NCBI GenBank assembly: GCA_964016885.1
Contig: OZ024747.1
Coordinates: 46,438,001-46,502,000 of the forward strand
Length of the DNA stretch: 64,000 nucleotides
Reading direction: 5' to 3'
Source: Eledone cirrhosa
Lineage: Eukaryota
The position numbers were made by a program, and so were the translations under genes. The notes under the pieces were generated by a model, which saw only the letters and a list, made by a program, of their open reading frames with translations, searched no databases and was not told where the DNA came from. The stretch's first letter is position 1, and each line of letters opens with the position of its first letter. Of this stretch, positions 26,221 to 39,742 are shown piece by piece.

Positions 26221-26733
26221 TATACATACTACTGTACGTCTGTATACATATATGTATGTACGTGTACATACTTATATTATATATATATATATATATATAT
26301 TGTAGACATTACAATATATATATATATATGTATACATATATATATATATACTAATTAATTTAAAGTATCATAACATGCACAATATATAAGATGAATATGT
26401 TTCTCAGTGAAAAAGCTCAATGGATTTTCTCCAGAGCATCAATAATTCAGATTTAAAAAAAAATAGTATATGCATATCGACATATATCTTTAGAGAAACT
26501 TATTTCGTCTTTAGGATTTCTTTTTCTTACATCTTTTTCGTCATATCTGTTTTCATTTGTACTTTTGGTTATGTGTCGAATCGGTATTTGCTGGTTACTA
26601 CTCTGTGAGTCTTTGAGGGTTGGAGTTTTTTTGCGTTTTGTTGTATTCTTTATTCGTTTTGGATATATTGGATTTTTCTTCATGTTTGAAATTCTCAATA
26701 TCTTTATATTCGTTATTTGTGCTTTCGGTGCAC

Positions 26734-26973
26734 TTCTTTCAAGTCCTCGACCCCCGTGTCTGGTACAATTTTGTTCTTTCAAGTCCTCGACCCCCGTGTC
26801 TGGTACACTTTTGTTCTTTCAAGTGCTCGACCCCCGTGTCTGGTACACTTTTGTTCTTTCAAGTGCTCGACCCCAGTGACTGGTACACTTTTGTTCTTTC
26901 AAGTGCTCGACCCCCGTGTCTGGTACACATTTGTTCTTTCAAGTGCTCGACCCCAGTGACTGGTACACTTTTG
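26734..26973. repeat. 40-bp minisatellite, 6 units
   Basis: ttctttcaagtgctcgacccccgtgtctggtacacttttg repeated without spacers. Confidence 0.95.
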
Positions 26974-27714
26974 TATTTAATATGTATCTATTTGAAATTG
27001 TTAGTTTGTCGTGGTCAAGCTTTAAATCAAAGTGTGGAGTGTTTTTTTACTAGATTTTATATGAGTTTTGTTGGGTTTTCATTTTTAGGGTATAGTGTTA
27101 CTGTAAAATATGCGTGTAGAATCGAAGCATATTTCTCACGTGGCCATTTGTGTTTTTTTAAATTATTTTATTTCTGGCATTTGAGTGGTAAATTCCGGCC
27201 GATCATTTAGATTGCTTTCCATCTTGTTGGGTATCGGCTTCTGTGCTTCTAATTTTCTACGTTTTTGCGCGCATCGTCTTCGTACTTATCATCATCACCA
27301 TCATCATCACCATCACCATCATCATAAGCACCACCATCATCATCATTCATCATCGTCATCATCATCATCACCATCAGTATTATTATCCTCGTTGATTTTC
27401 TAATACTTTTTTTCGCCATTATTCTCCTCCATTTCTGTCGTATTTCTATTTTCATCCTTATTTTTACTTTCTTTTTAATTCCTGTTTGTTTTCGGGGGTT
27501 TGTTTGTCAGATTTGTTTTGTCATATATACAAATACTTTTGTTTTGTCTGGAGACGACTTACATCAATTCTAGCTCTGTGTCGTATTATATATTCATCCT
27601 ATTAAATTTTTAAATATGTACGGGAAGAAGATCTGGTCGAAACATAGACTTTTAAATTAGTGCAACTTTTACAGGGTTGTTTGCTTGAAAAAGACAATAA
27701 TAATGATAATAATG

Positions 27715-27756
<42 letters not shown>

Positions 27757-28044
27757 GTAATGGTAAAAATAAGGAAAAGAAGAAAACGTAAAAGGAGAAG
27801 AAAGATAACAATAAAAATAACAACAACTATAATAATAAGCAAAGTAAATAAAATGAATGTAAACAAATACAAAGGAACGAATGTAACAGAACAAACAAAC
27901 AAACAAACAAACAAACAAACAAACAAAGAAAAATGAGAACAATAATAACAACAACAACAATAGAAACTCTCTGATAATGAAAACAAGAGTAGCAAAGATA
28001 AATAGCGAAATAAACTCTCTCTCTCTCTTCCCCTCATTCTCTCT

Positions 28045-28094
<50 letters not shown>

Positions 28095-28179
28095 ATACAC
28101 ACATTTATATATGTATATATATATATAATATAAAATAATATATATATCAATATATATATATATGTATTCAATCTGCGTG

Positions 28180-28252
<73 letters not shown>

Positions 28253-28669
28253 ATGTATATAAAAATCAATACAAGTTTTATAAACAAAAGAAAATAAGTA
28301 AACAAATAATGAGAAACAATAAAAGAACAGAAGAGAAACAAAACAGAACAAAAGAGTAACGGTGTTCTATACCATCAGACGTAGTTAATCAATCTAACGG
28401 TGTTTTATCGACTTAGGTGTCTGATGAATAAAACGCTAGAATACATCGCCTCTTAATAAAATCGATACCACTTCCAATAGCATCACCACTACCGCCACTT
28501 TTGCAATTTAACACCGAAACGCATTTTGTTCTTATAGCCTTATTGCTACTAAATAAGCGTTTTCTGTATTGTTTACTCTATATTTCTGAAGGATATACAT
28601 TTAGAAGTTATGTATGTAGGTTTATGTATCCGTATATTTTAACGGTGTGTGAATATGCATATATATAAA

Positions 28670-29390
28670 AAATTGTATGCATGTATGTATTTATGTGCAT
28701 GTATATGTATATATATAATATTGTATGCATGTATGTATATATTTATGCATGTATTTATGTATATGTTTATATGTATGTACTTATGTATATGTTTATATAT
28801 TTATGCATGCATGTATGTATATATTTATGTATGTATTTATGTGCATGTATATATATAATATTGTATGCATGTATGTATATATTTATGTATGTATTTATGT
28901 ATATGTTTATATGTATGTATTTATGTATATTTATGCATGCATGTATGTTTATATTTATGTATGTATTTATGTGCATGTATATGTATATATATAATATTGT
29001 ATGTATTTATGTGTACGTTTATATGTATGTATTTATGTATATGTTTATATATTTATGCATGCATGTATGTATATATATTATGTATGTATTTATGTGCATG
29101 TATATGTATATATATAATTTTGTATGCATGTAAGTATATATTTATGTATGTATTTATGTGCATGTGTATGTTTATATATGTATGCATGCATGCATGTATA
29201 ATGTATGTATATATTTATGTATTTATTTATTTATTTGCATGTATATGTTTAAAAATGTATTTATGTGCAAGTTTATATTTATAAATACATGCATGTATGT
29301 ATATATTTATGTATGTATTTTTATGTGCATGTATACATTTATGTGCATGTATATATTTATGCATGTATTTTGTTTTTATGCATGTATATA
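28670..29390. repeat. Degenerate TATG/TGCA-rich low-complexity tandem repeat (~140-bp period)
   Basis: Recurrent tatataatattgtatgcatgtatgtatatatttatg. Confidence 0.75.
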
Positions 29391-29555
29391 TCTAAATTTA
29401 TATCGGTCTTTATATATATATATGTGCGTATATGTGTGTGTGTATGTATGTGTGAATATATGTATGTATATATTACGGGCTTATATATCTGTAGTCACAG
29501 AGAGAGAGAGAGAGGGAGAGAGACAGAGAGAGACGCAGGGAGAGAGAGAGAGAGA

Positions 29556-29620
<65 letters not shown>

Positions 29621-29929
29621 CGTATGTGTGTATGTGAGTGTGTGTTTGTGTGACGGTATGTGGGTGTCTTCTTTTGTTTCTATTTTACTGCGATCTGTCT
29701 TTTTGTCCTCTTTTAACCTAAAGAATCCAATAAAAGAAAAGATAGTTGTATGAGAAATTTGCATGCACTCTTTTACCCTTGTCCGATAATGAACTACTAA
29801 TTCTTTATTTATTGCGTTTTTATAAAACCCTCCTCTTATTTACACTTTACAACCTGAATGTGTGTATATATGCACATAGACACTATTAAAATAGACACAC
29901 ATACATACATGCATACATACATACACACA

Positions 29930-30006
<77 letters not shown>

Positions 30007-30115
30007 CAATATTAAATTATATTGTATTAATCTCCCTGATGATACGGTTTATTGTAATGTCAACTGCACGAACTATTTAGGTCTGTTAAAATACTTATTT
30101 ACCAGCATACGACTT

Positions 30116-30173
<58 letters not shown>

Positions 30174-30183
30174 AACCAGTAAG

Positions 30184-30277
30184 ACCCCGACAGCTGAGCT
30201 CAAGCCGTTTCGACGGCTAATTCTGGACTAAATGAAAATTTATCCTGGTATTTAAATAGCCGATCTTCTCAAGGGGT
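30184..30277 (-). ncRNA. Hammerhead ribozyme, U3-A8 variant (mirror of 33193-33286)
   Basis: Reverse complement of 33193-33286. Confidence 0.75.
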
Positions 30278-31389
30278 AATTCCATATATGGTCAAAGTGA
30301 TTGTCAAAAATCAGTAGTAATTCTGTGGTTGCAAATTAGTAGGGGAGATGGTGGCTAAACCTGCCAGTAGGAGAAAGAGGGGAGGGGGTGGAGTAGACCC
30401 AATCAAGCGTTGGTAGTGCCAGCTACAGCTGGGCATGAGGTCAAAGAAGATACAGGGGAGGGGGAGGGGGAGGAAGTCGGAACGGTAGGTAGAACAATGG
30501 GGGGTAGAAATAGGAAAGAAGAAAAAAAAAAAAAAAATACTGAGAGTGAAGAAAAGCAAATAAGTGTAAAGAAAAAAGTAAAGTAAATTAAATACTACGA
30601 CCTAGGTCTCAGGCTATTGTTAGGCAGAATAAAATAAAGAAAGAAAGAAAGAAGTAAATAAATAACGAAATAACGAAATAAGTAAAAGAACTAGGTGGGA
30701 CGGATAGGCAAGGACCCTTTTAAGAGGTATAAGTACGTAAATGATACGGTGACGGGTCAACAAAAGGGGCCAAAATACTAAAGAGACTACCACGAAATAA
30801 ACAATAAAGGTTTCCATCCCGGGCCAGCAACGACCCAGTGCAGCAAAGTGAACTTGTACGAGATAATAATTCTGAGTACCGAGAAAAATATATACTAATG
30901 CTAACTCTAAAAGAACTAAAACAAGTTACATGAAAGTTCGTACGAAATAAAGGTAGAATACGGAGAAATAAATTCAGAATCCACCCCGCCCAGAAGAAAA
31001 GCGAAGCACGAAATACTGAAACGAAAAAATAAGGCATAAGTGCCACTAAGAAATATAGAGGGCACAGAGAATAGTGGGAGCGGTCGGAAAAAGGGGGCAA
31101 GTATCCGGGGTCTAAGCCAACTGCTATAAAGGGCGGAGTCCGCCAAATCTATCATAGACTAGGGGAGGGGGTGGTGGGGGTACTAAGGCTACATGGGGCC
31201 AAAGGGCAGCCTCGGGTGGGCGAGAAAAGACGCCGACAAAGGAGAAAGAGCTGGGGTAGAAGGACTAAGGAGAGAGGGGGGAAGGAAATAAAGGAAGCGA
31301 TAAAAGAATACAAAGAAGATCTTACGTCTTCCTTGGCAAGCAGGGGTTACCCATTGCAAAATCGGCAAGTGGGGTGTTATAGCCCTAGT

Positions 31390-32820
31390 CTACCCCCCCG
31401 GGTCATTATGGGGTTTGAGGGCGAGGTAAGTCCTACGCAATCTATGTTTACATGCAGTGACCAGTTCATCTTTCTTGTTTAGGAGTTGGTCCGTCGAGAA
31501 CAGCATTTGTAAAGTTTCCTCCGAGCATAAATTGCACGGACGGCGTCCTCCCGTGTAAGAATTGGCTCTGGACAGTAATCTCCAAGTGAGATCATAGGTG
31601 ATGTTGTTGTCCTTGAGGTCCCATATGTGGCCCGAAAGTGTAGTGGCGTGACGCCGGGCCGGGTTTCGGAAGGTATGTCTATGTTGGTATAGCCGGGTCT
31701 TGAAGTCACATGCGGTAAGTCCTATATAGGCTTTGTTGGAGGTATCCGTCCTCACGTTGCACTGGTAGATCACATTACGGTCTCTGCATCTATTGTCGAG
31801 TGGGCAAATAGATCTATCCGGGCAGTTACACCTCCTGGTCGGTTCTCCACTGCTATTTAGGTTATTTCTGCCATCGGGGTTGAGTTTTTTGTTGTTAGAG
31901 GAAACGATGTTTTGTGCGAAGTTTGGTGTAGTGCTGTAAGAGAGTTTGATGGTATTTTTGTTAATTATGTTGTGGTAGCGGTGTTGTAATGGGAAGTGTT
32001 TTTCAATGAGCCTAAAGAATAGTTTCCCGATGGGAGTTGTCACCTCTGCGTTGTGCGGAGGATTGAACCATGTTACATTGCGTGAGCGGCGGTGTCTCCT
32101 GCTGGTTCCGCTAATGGGAGCTGGACAGTAGGATATTTCCTCCCGGAAACCACTCCGCTTGAGGGCCTGGTTGTAATAAGGCGCATGTTCATCGAATATC
32201 CGCTCATTAGCTGACAAACGGGATATGCGGAGGGAGATGTTTTTGACCAGGTTGTTTGTGATGTTCCTAGGATGGTTTGATCGGCGGTGGATGCAGTGCA
32301 GATTGTCATTAGGTTTCCTGTATGGGTAGTACAGGTCGTTTTCGAGGTCGAGGGTCACGTCCAGGAAGTTTACTCGGGTCAGGGACGTTTGTAGGATTAT
32401 TTTAAATCCCCAGTCGCGGAAGAATCTGATTAATTGTTTCCGGACCCGATCTGTACTACTGGGGTTGTACCCTTTAAGGGTAAGGAGCCCATCATCACGG
32501 TACGATCCACCACCGAATGCAGGAAACATATCAGTGAGTTTGGCTATTAGGAATAATCCTATAAGATCTGTGACCTCCGCCGAATCCGTGGCGCCCATGC
32601 TGACGTCGAAGGGTGAGTCGGGAGCTCTTTTTATCCATTTAGAGTCGTCAAAGAGTAAGACTGTCTTCCTGGCGTGGAGGATGATTTTTCTTTCCTGGTC
32701 GGTGATGGGCACAAGTGTTTCGGCGAAGTCCAAGGCGGCAGTAAGTAGCGGTAAGGTGATTGAAGCATAGTAGCTCTCTATGTCGAACTGTATGAATTTA
32801 GTTTCTCGTTTATCCTCCAT
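31390..32820 (-). pseudogene. PLE reverse transcriptase (from motif A onward) + GIY-YIG endonuclease, uninterrupted but 5'-truncated
   Basis: QFDIESYYASI, VSMGATDSAE, YRDDGL, NFLDVTL, SNHP, WFNPP, CNC..CPL..C..VIYQC..YIGLT..FKTRLYQH..CNLC..LLNKKDEL..CKH; ATG lies at the inversion junction. Confidence 0.93.
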
Positions 32821-33192
32821 ATTTCTTTCTTTATTTTATTCTGCCTAACAATAGCCTGAGACCTAGGTCGTAGTATTTAATTTACTTTACTTTTTTCTTT
32901 ACACTTATTTGCTTTTCTTCACTCTCAGTATTTTTTTTTTTTTTTTTTTTTCTTTCCTATTTCTACCCCCCATTGTTCTACCTACCGTTCCGACTTCCTC
33001 CCCCTCCCCCTCCCCTGTATCTTCTTTGACCTCATGCCCAGCTGTAGCTGGCACTACCAACGCTTGATTGGGTCTACTCCACCCCCTCCCCTCTTTCTCC
33101 TACTGGCAGGTTTAGCCACCATCTCCCCTACTAATTTGCAACCACAGAATTACTACTGATTTTTGACAATCACTTTGACCATATATGGAATT

Positions 33193-33286
33193 ACCCCTTG
33201 AGAAGATCGGCTATTTAAATACCAGGATAAATTTTCATTTAGTCCAGAATTAGCCGTCGAAACGGCTTGAGCTCAGCTGTCGGGGT
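33193..33286 (+). ncRNA. Type I hammerhead ribozyme, U3-A8 variant with extended stems II and III
   Basis: acccc-TTGAGAA-ga(t)cggcta..37 nt..tagccgtc-GAAAC-ggct-tgagctc-agct-GTC/ggggt. Confidence 0.75.
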
Positions 33287-33377
33287 CTTACTGGTTCCTA
33301 TTACCCACTCTACTACCTCAAGTATTGAGTACTTTGGTGCGTTATGGTCCACCTGGTTCCTTACCACATTTCCTTCG

Positions 33378-33412
<35 letters not shown>

Positions 33413-33589
33413 TATGTGTGTGCACGTGTACGTGCGTTTGATTGTGTGTATATGAATCCATGCATAAGTGTATATGTATAATATGGAAATAAACGTGACT
33501 GAGAACAAATGCACTTATTTGACACACCCTTTGTAAGATTACATTTTGCTGCATAAGTAATCTTCTAAACTGCATAGTCATTGGTTTAG

Positions 33590-33622
<33 letters not shown>

Positions 33623-34143
33623 TTTTATTATATTTTATTCTTGTTTTTTATTATAAATATTGATCATTCGTAGAGCCAAACCGAAGTAAATCTTACTCTG
33701 GTGACTGTATGGCCTGGATTTCTTTTCCTATTCAGTATTTTACGTCGCTAATATTCCTGAGGAAAGCCTCAACAGCATGGAATTTTTGTATTTCTCTTTT
33801 TTACCTATAGATATGCAGGAACGAAACAATGAGGGAGGACCTCAGACGCACAGTAATTAGTTGGATAGGTGCAAGGAGGGTGAATCACGGCAGATCGACG
33901 ATGATTGTTAAATGTCACTGCTTTGAACACTTCAAGGTCTGGAAAAGCTGGGACTTAAAAAAAAAAATCTAAGTGGTTAATCCAAAACTTGTTGAAGCAC
34001 TTTAATGTAGGTGGGATACCAGCAAATTGGCGGGCCTTGAATTCATTGATGCTTCATTGGTGCTTCATTGATGCTTCGGTTAATTTAGTTAAATTTAAAC
34101 AAACTTTATGCCACGATTTTCTTTGATATATATATATATACGT

Positions 34144-34183
<40 letters not shown>

Positions 34184-34212
34184 GTATGCATACACACACA
34201 CATATATATATA

Positions 34213-34445
34213 AGTAGAAGGGGTATTAAGTCCGACAAATATAAATTTTTATAACTTATTTAGAGCGCTCAACAGATTACTGGAGTAAATATTCAATGAT
34301 ATTAAATAAATGGAAAGTATATTTATAAAACCATATTTATTTTATCTGATGAAAGCGTACCAATTTTGTCTTGGTATCCTTGAAATATATATAATAAAAT
34401 AAATATGATTTTATAAATATAGTTTCCATTTATTTAATATCATTG
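34213..34445. mobile_element. PLE pLTR hairpin insertion (family C) with HHR at 34332-34407 (+)
   Basis: catatttattttat-CTGATGA-aag-cgtacca..tggtat-c-ctt-GAAA-tatat-ATA/ataaaataaatatg; inverted arms; (TA)n flanks. Confidence 0.8.
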
Positions 34446-34544
<99 letters not shown>

Positions 34545-34569
34545 ATGTGTGTGTGTGTGTGTGTATACA

Positions 34570-34656
34570 AAACAAAGAAGGTGTGGTAAGATACCAGGTG
34601 GACCATAACGCACCAGAGTACTCAATACTTAGAGTAATAGAGTGGGTAATAGGAAA
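34570..34656 (-). mobile_element. Family A PLE tail fragment
   Basis: gtggtaaga.accaggtggaccataacgcacca.agtactcaatactt..gagtgggtaatagga. Confidence 0.75.
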
Positions 34657-34659
34657 ACA

Positions 34660-36232
34660 GCCAGGACCCCGCTCTCTATAGCCATTAACACCAAACTCAC
34701 CCCTATCTATATCTAGCATACAACAGTCTCTCTCACTACCTCTCACTCTCTTCATCATTGAAAACTCTCCTCCTCTCCATATCTATCAATACCTATCTCT
34801 ATCAAATCCCTCTCTCTATATCATTTGCCACCAAACTATCTCCCTCTCTCTATATATATCTATCTCTCCCAATCCCCCTCTATATATAAATCACTACTAT
34901 ACACTCCCACTCTCTATATTTCCCATAAAACACTCTCTCCCAATTCCCCTCTATATATCCATTACCACAAAACTCTCCCCCTCTCTATATCAATTAACAC
35001 CAAACCTTTTTCCTCTCTGTATCTACCACACAACCCTCTCTCTAAATCAATCACCACCAAACTCCCCCCCCCCCCTCTCAATGCCTATTACACAAAACTC
35101 TCTCCCAATACCGCCCCCCCCCTATATCTACCATACAATACACTATGCATAATCTCTCATACATAACACTCTCATTATCTCCCTCTCTCTATCCATTACC
35201 ACCAAACTCTCCCCCCCTCTCCATAACACTCTCATTATCCCCCTCTCTATATCCATTACCACCAAACTCTCCCCTCACTATATTTACCAGACAGCACACT
35301 CATTATCACTCTCTCGATATCCATTAACACCAATCTTTCCCCCTCTCAATGTCTATAACACAAAACTCCCTCATAATCCCCCTCTATATCTACTAACACC
35401 AAACTCTCCACCCTCTCTCTATCTATTTTTACCTATCTCTCCCAATCACCCTCACTTTATATATCACTAATAAACTCTCTCCCCCTCTGTATATCTATCT
35501 ACATTTATCTCTCCTAATCCCCCTTCCTTATATCAATTACCACCAAACTCTCCTCCTCTCTATATCTACCACACAACCCCCTCTCTCAATCCGCCCTTCT
35601 TTCAATCAATCACCAGTAAACTCTCCCCCTCTAAATGTCTATTACAAAACACTCATTATCCCTCTCTCTATATCCATACCACCAAACTCCCTTCCTCTCA
35701 ATATTTACCACACGCCACACTCTGATTATCCCCCTCTATATCTACTACCACCAATCTCTCCCACTCTCTCTATCTATTTTTACCTATCTCTCCCAACCAC
35801 CCTCACTTTATATATCTCTAATAAACTCTCCGTCTCTATACTTATCTACACTTACCACTCCCAATAACCCTCACTATGTCAATCACCAACAAACTCTCCT
35901 CCTCTCTCTATATACTACTCGACACTCTCTATATACCCCCCTCCCTATATCTACAACCATCGAAATCTCCCCCTCTATATATCTACCATACAACACACTA
36001 TGTGAAACCCCTCTATATATACATTAACAACAAACTTCCCCCTCTCTATATCTACCATACAACACCCTCTTTCAAAAACCCTCTCTATATCAATTACCAC
36101 TATACTCTCCCTCTCTGTATATTTACTACACGGTACTCTCTTCCAATCCCCCTCTCTTTATATACTAGCACTAAATTTTCTCCCTCATTACATCTACCAC
36201 GACACTCTCTCTCAATGCGTCTCTCTATCAAT
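34660..36232. repeat. Degenerate pyrimidine-rich tandem repeat
   Basis: Recurrent caccaaactctcccc..ctctatatctaccacacaac motifs. Confidence 0.7.
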
Positions 36233-36572
36233 TACTCTCAGGTCTTGAATAACCCCCCCCCCCCAGTGGGTTATTAATTTGTCACCACCCCTCTTTTTTT
36301 ATTCCACCCCCCACCATCCCCGTTTATTAAAGTGTGCTAATCTATCTCCGGTGAAATTTAATTGTAAGTGATTCATATCGATAGAGAATCTAATAAATAT
36401 TTTATTTTACATTAAAAAACGTTATACATAACAAAAAAAAAAGAACTTTACAAGAAATCCCATATCTACGAACGTACACTATACAATTACCGACTTCCCC
36501 ACCCCTCGGGCTTATAAGAATTTAAGCAAATGTCCACCCCCACCCCCACCCCCTATTATTTGGTATCTGAGA

Positions 36573-36575
<3 letters not shown>
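36233..36575. mobile_element. MITE-like non-autonomous DNA transposon
   Basis: Terminal inverted repeats tactctcagg..aataa / ttatt..tctgagagta; non-coding. Confidence 0.5.
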
Positions 36576-36911
<336 letters not shown>

Positions 36912-36936
36912 ATATACGTATATACATATATATATA

Positions 36937-37373
36937 CAGGGCGGTGGAAGCATTTCTGAATTGCATATCGATCAATTTAGTTGCAGTGATTAGTTTACCT
37001 CTTTGCACTCTAAAATAGTCAGAAAATACAATTTGAGTCCAAGCAGGTGATATTACATTTAAAACTTCCAATAATTATAAAGTGATTATAACAAAATGAC
37101 CAATGAAATCTGTCTCTGAATACACTTACTATCAATTGGCAAATAGTGATATGTGGAGAAAAAGTTATGACATGACAAAACAAATTTCTATGAAGGTTAC
37201 TATAATATATTATCAAATATCAACCAAGATATAAAAAAAACACTTCGATATGCGATAAACATAGCATGTACATAAATCATAGCACATACACAAATAGATG
37301 TGTGTTTCGGTATTTTTTGGGGAAAAAATATGGGACTGTGGACACTCTGGTCCACCTAGTTCCACTGCCTTTG
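36937..37373. mobile_element. Possible hAT-like MITE remnant
   Basis: Imperfect TIRs cagggcggtggaa / ttccactgcctttg. Confidence 0.3.
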
Positions 37374-38062
37374 GTATGATAGCGGGATAAATTTAAAAGA
37401 AATTTAAAATATATATTTTTAAATGTTTAAATGATAAACATCTATTGCATGCACTAAATAAAGCACAATAAAGGGAGATAAAATAGGGTTTTTAAATCTG
37501 TATAATATAATAGGTTTGATAACAACAATCAGTCGTCAACACTGACTATACTGACAACAATACACGATGGTCGATCACTAAATCTTATCTAGACATACAT
37601 CTGTTTCATATATCGAACATATATTTGTGAAACGATAATAGCATGAACTAAGACGTATATGAATAATGTAGATATAGTTCCAAGGATCGAAAGAACTTGT
37701 AAAAACAAACGCAAAATAAAAATGATACTATAAATAAAGGAGAAAAAAAAGATATCCTTTTCCAAAATGGTGGGCATTCATAGGGTCTTGAAAATCTTTA
37801 CTAAAGTCAATCTATTTGACGAAAGAAAACGAGACAAAACCAAAAAGATTAGATAAGAAATAATATCTAGTGGAAAGGAATAAATCAATGGCTAATCAAA
37901 GTGTTCTTATATGTTGTTACAGACGTAAATATCGATGATACCATTATCTGTCCCATGAAGCTCACATCTCTTGTTGTGTTCATGTTTTCTTACTCACCCA
38001 CTGTGCCATTACTGCCTGTACTACAGACTCACACACACACACACACACGCACACACACACAC

Positions 38063-38147
<85 letters not shown>

Positions 38148-38213
38148 CGTATATGAATATATAAATATATAAATATATATATATGCTTATATATGTATGT
38201 ATGAGTATTTTGC

Positions 38214-38246
<33 letters not shown>

Positions 38247-38250
38247 TACA

Positions 38251-38355
<105 letters not shown>

Positions 38356-38441
38356 ATGTATATTTATATATGTCTACATAGATATATGTGTATGGGTGTG
38401 GATGTATGTATTGATATATATATATATATATAGTATTTCAT

Positions 38442-38505
<64 letters not shown>

Positions 38506-38589
38506 CGTACATACATACATACATACTACACTCTAACATGTATTTAATACTCTCTCTTTCCTTCGTTGGCAACCTATTATAATCAAATA

Positions 38590-38653
<64 letters not shown>

Positions 38654-38732
38654 TATATATATATTCATATATATATACACATATATATATACACATATAT
38701 ATATATATATATATATTCATATATATATACAC

Positions 38733-38771
<39 letters not shown>

Positions 38772-38822
38772 TTCATATATATATACACACACATATATAT
38801 ATATATATATTCATATATATAT

Positions 38823-38908
<86 letters not shown>

Positions 38909-39019
38909 TGCTCTTTTTTCTCATCTACTCTACCTCAGCAGTTATTTTTCAAATATCATTTAGGTTGTTTTTGCATATGTTACTTTGTTTTTCTTAACTT
39001 TTATTGTATTCTTTAGTAG

Positions 39020-39742
39020 CGTCTCCCCCACCGCACCACTCCTCATCCCACCATCACCATCATGACAACCCCTACCGCCACCATCACCATCACGTTCACC
39101 AAAACCACTACTACCACCACTAACATCATAAGCAACACTGTCATCACACCGTTGCCACCCTAACCATGCTCACCATTCCCACTACCACCACCATATCACG
39201 CTCACCATTCTCCCCATTCCCACCACCACCACCACCACCATATCACGCTCACCATCCTCCCCATTTCCACCACCACCACCACCGCCATGTCACTCTCACC
39301 ATCCTCACCATTCCCACTACCACCACCATGTCACCCTCACCATCTTCACCATTCCCACCACTACCACCACCACCATATCACCCTCACCATTCTCACCATT
39401 CCCATCACCACCACCACTACGTCACCCTCACCATTCCCACCACCACCACCACCACCACCATGGCACCCTCACCATTCTCATCATTCCCACCACTTCCACC
39501 ACCACCATGGCACCCTCACCATTCCCACCACCACAATGTCACCCTCACCATTCCCACCACCACCACCACCACCACTACAATGTCACCCTCACTATTCCCA
39601 CCACCACTACAATGTCACCCTCACCATTCCCATCACCACCACCACCACAATGTCACCCTCACCATTACCACCACCACCACCACCACCACCACCACCACCA
39701 TGGCACCCTCACCATCACTATGTCACCCTCTTCATCACCACG
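39020..39742. repeat. CAC-rich degenerate minisatellite
   Basis: Recurrent caccaccaccatgtcaccctcaccattccca. Confidence 0.85.

Larger units (their letters stand above)
24083..26277 (+). mobile_element. Candidate non-LTR retrozyme: 424-bp tandem array (~2.8 units, 24365-25551) with inverted partial unit (24083-24362) and a displaced last piece (26220-26277)
   Basis: Near-identical units at exactly 424-bp spacing, no coding potential, one complete HHR per unit. Confidence 0.85.
30170..33380 (-). mobile_element. Penelope-like retroelement (Naiad-type, family A), 5'-truncated, with inverted pLTR
   Basis: RT+GIY-YIG ORF; 30170-30646 is the reverse complement of 32822-33301; the right arm extends ~80 bp further; (TA)n flanks. 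Confidence 0.93.

Noticed and set aside
26734-26973. CRISPR-like appearance of 40-bp repeats
   Set aside because: No unique spacers, no cas genes, eukaryotic context
27618-33835. Further HHR-like fragments at ~27620, ~28410, ~30035 and ~33757
   Set aside because: Core or cleavage triplet and helices too degenerate to support a call
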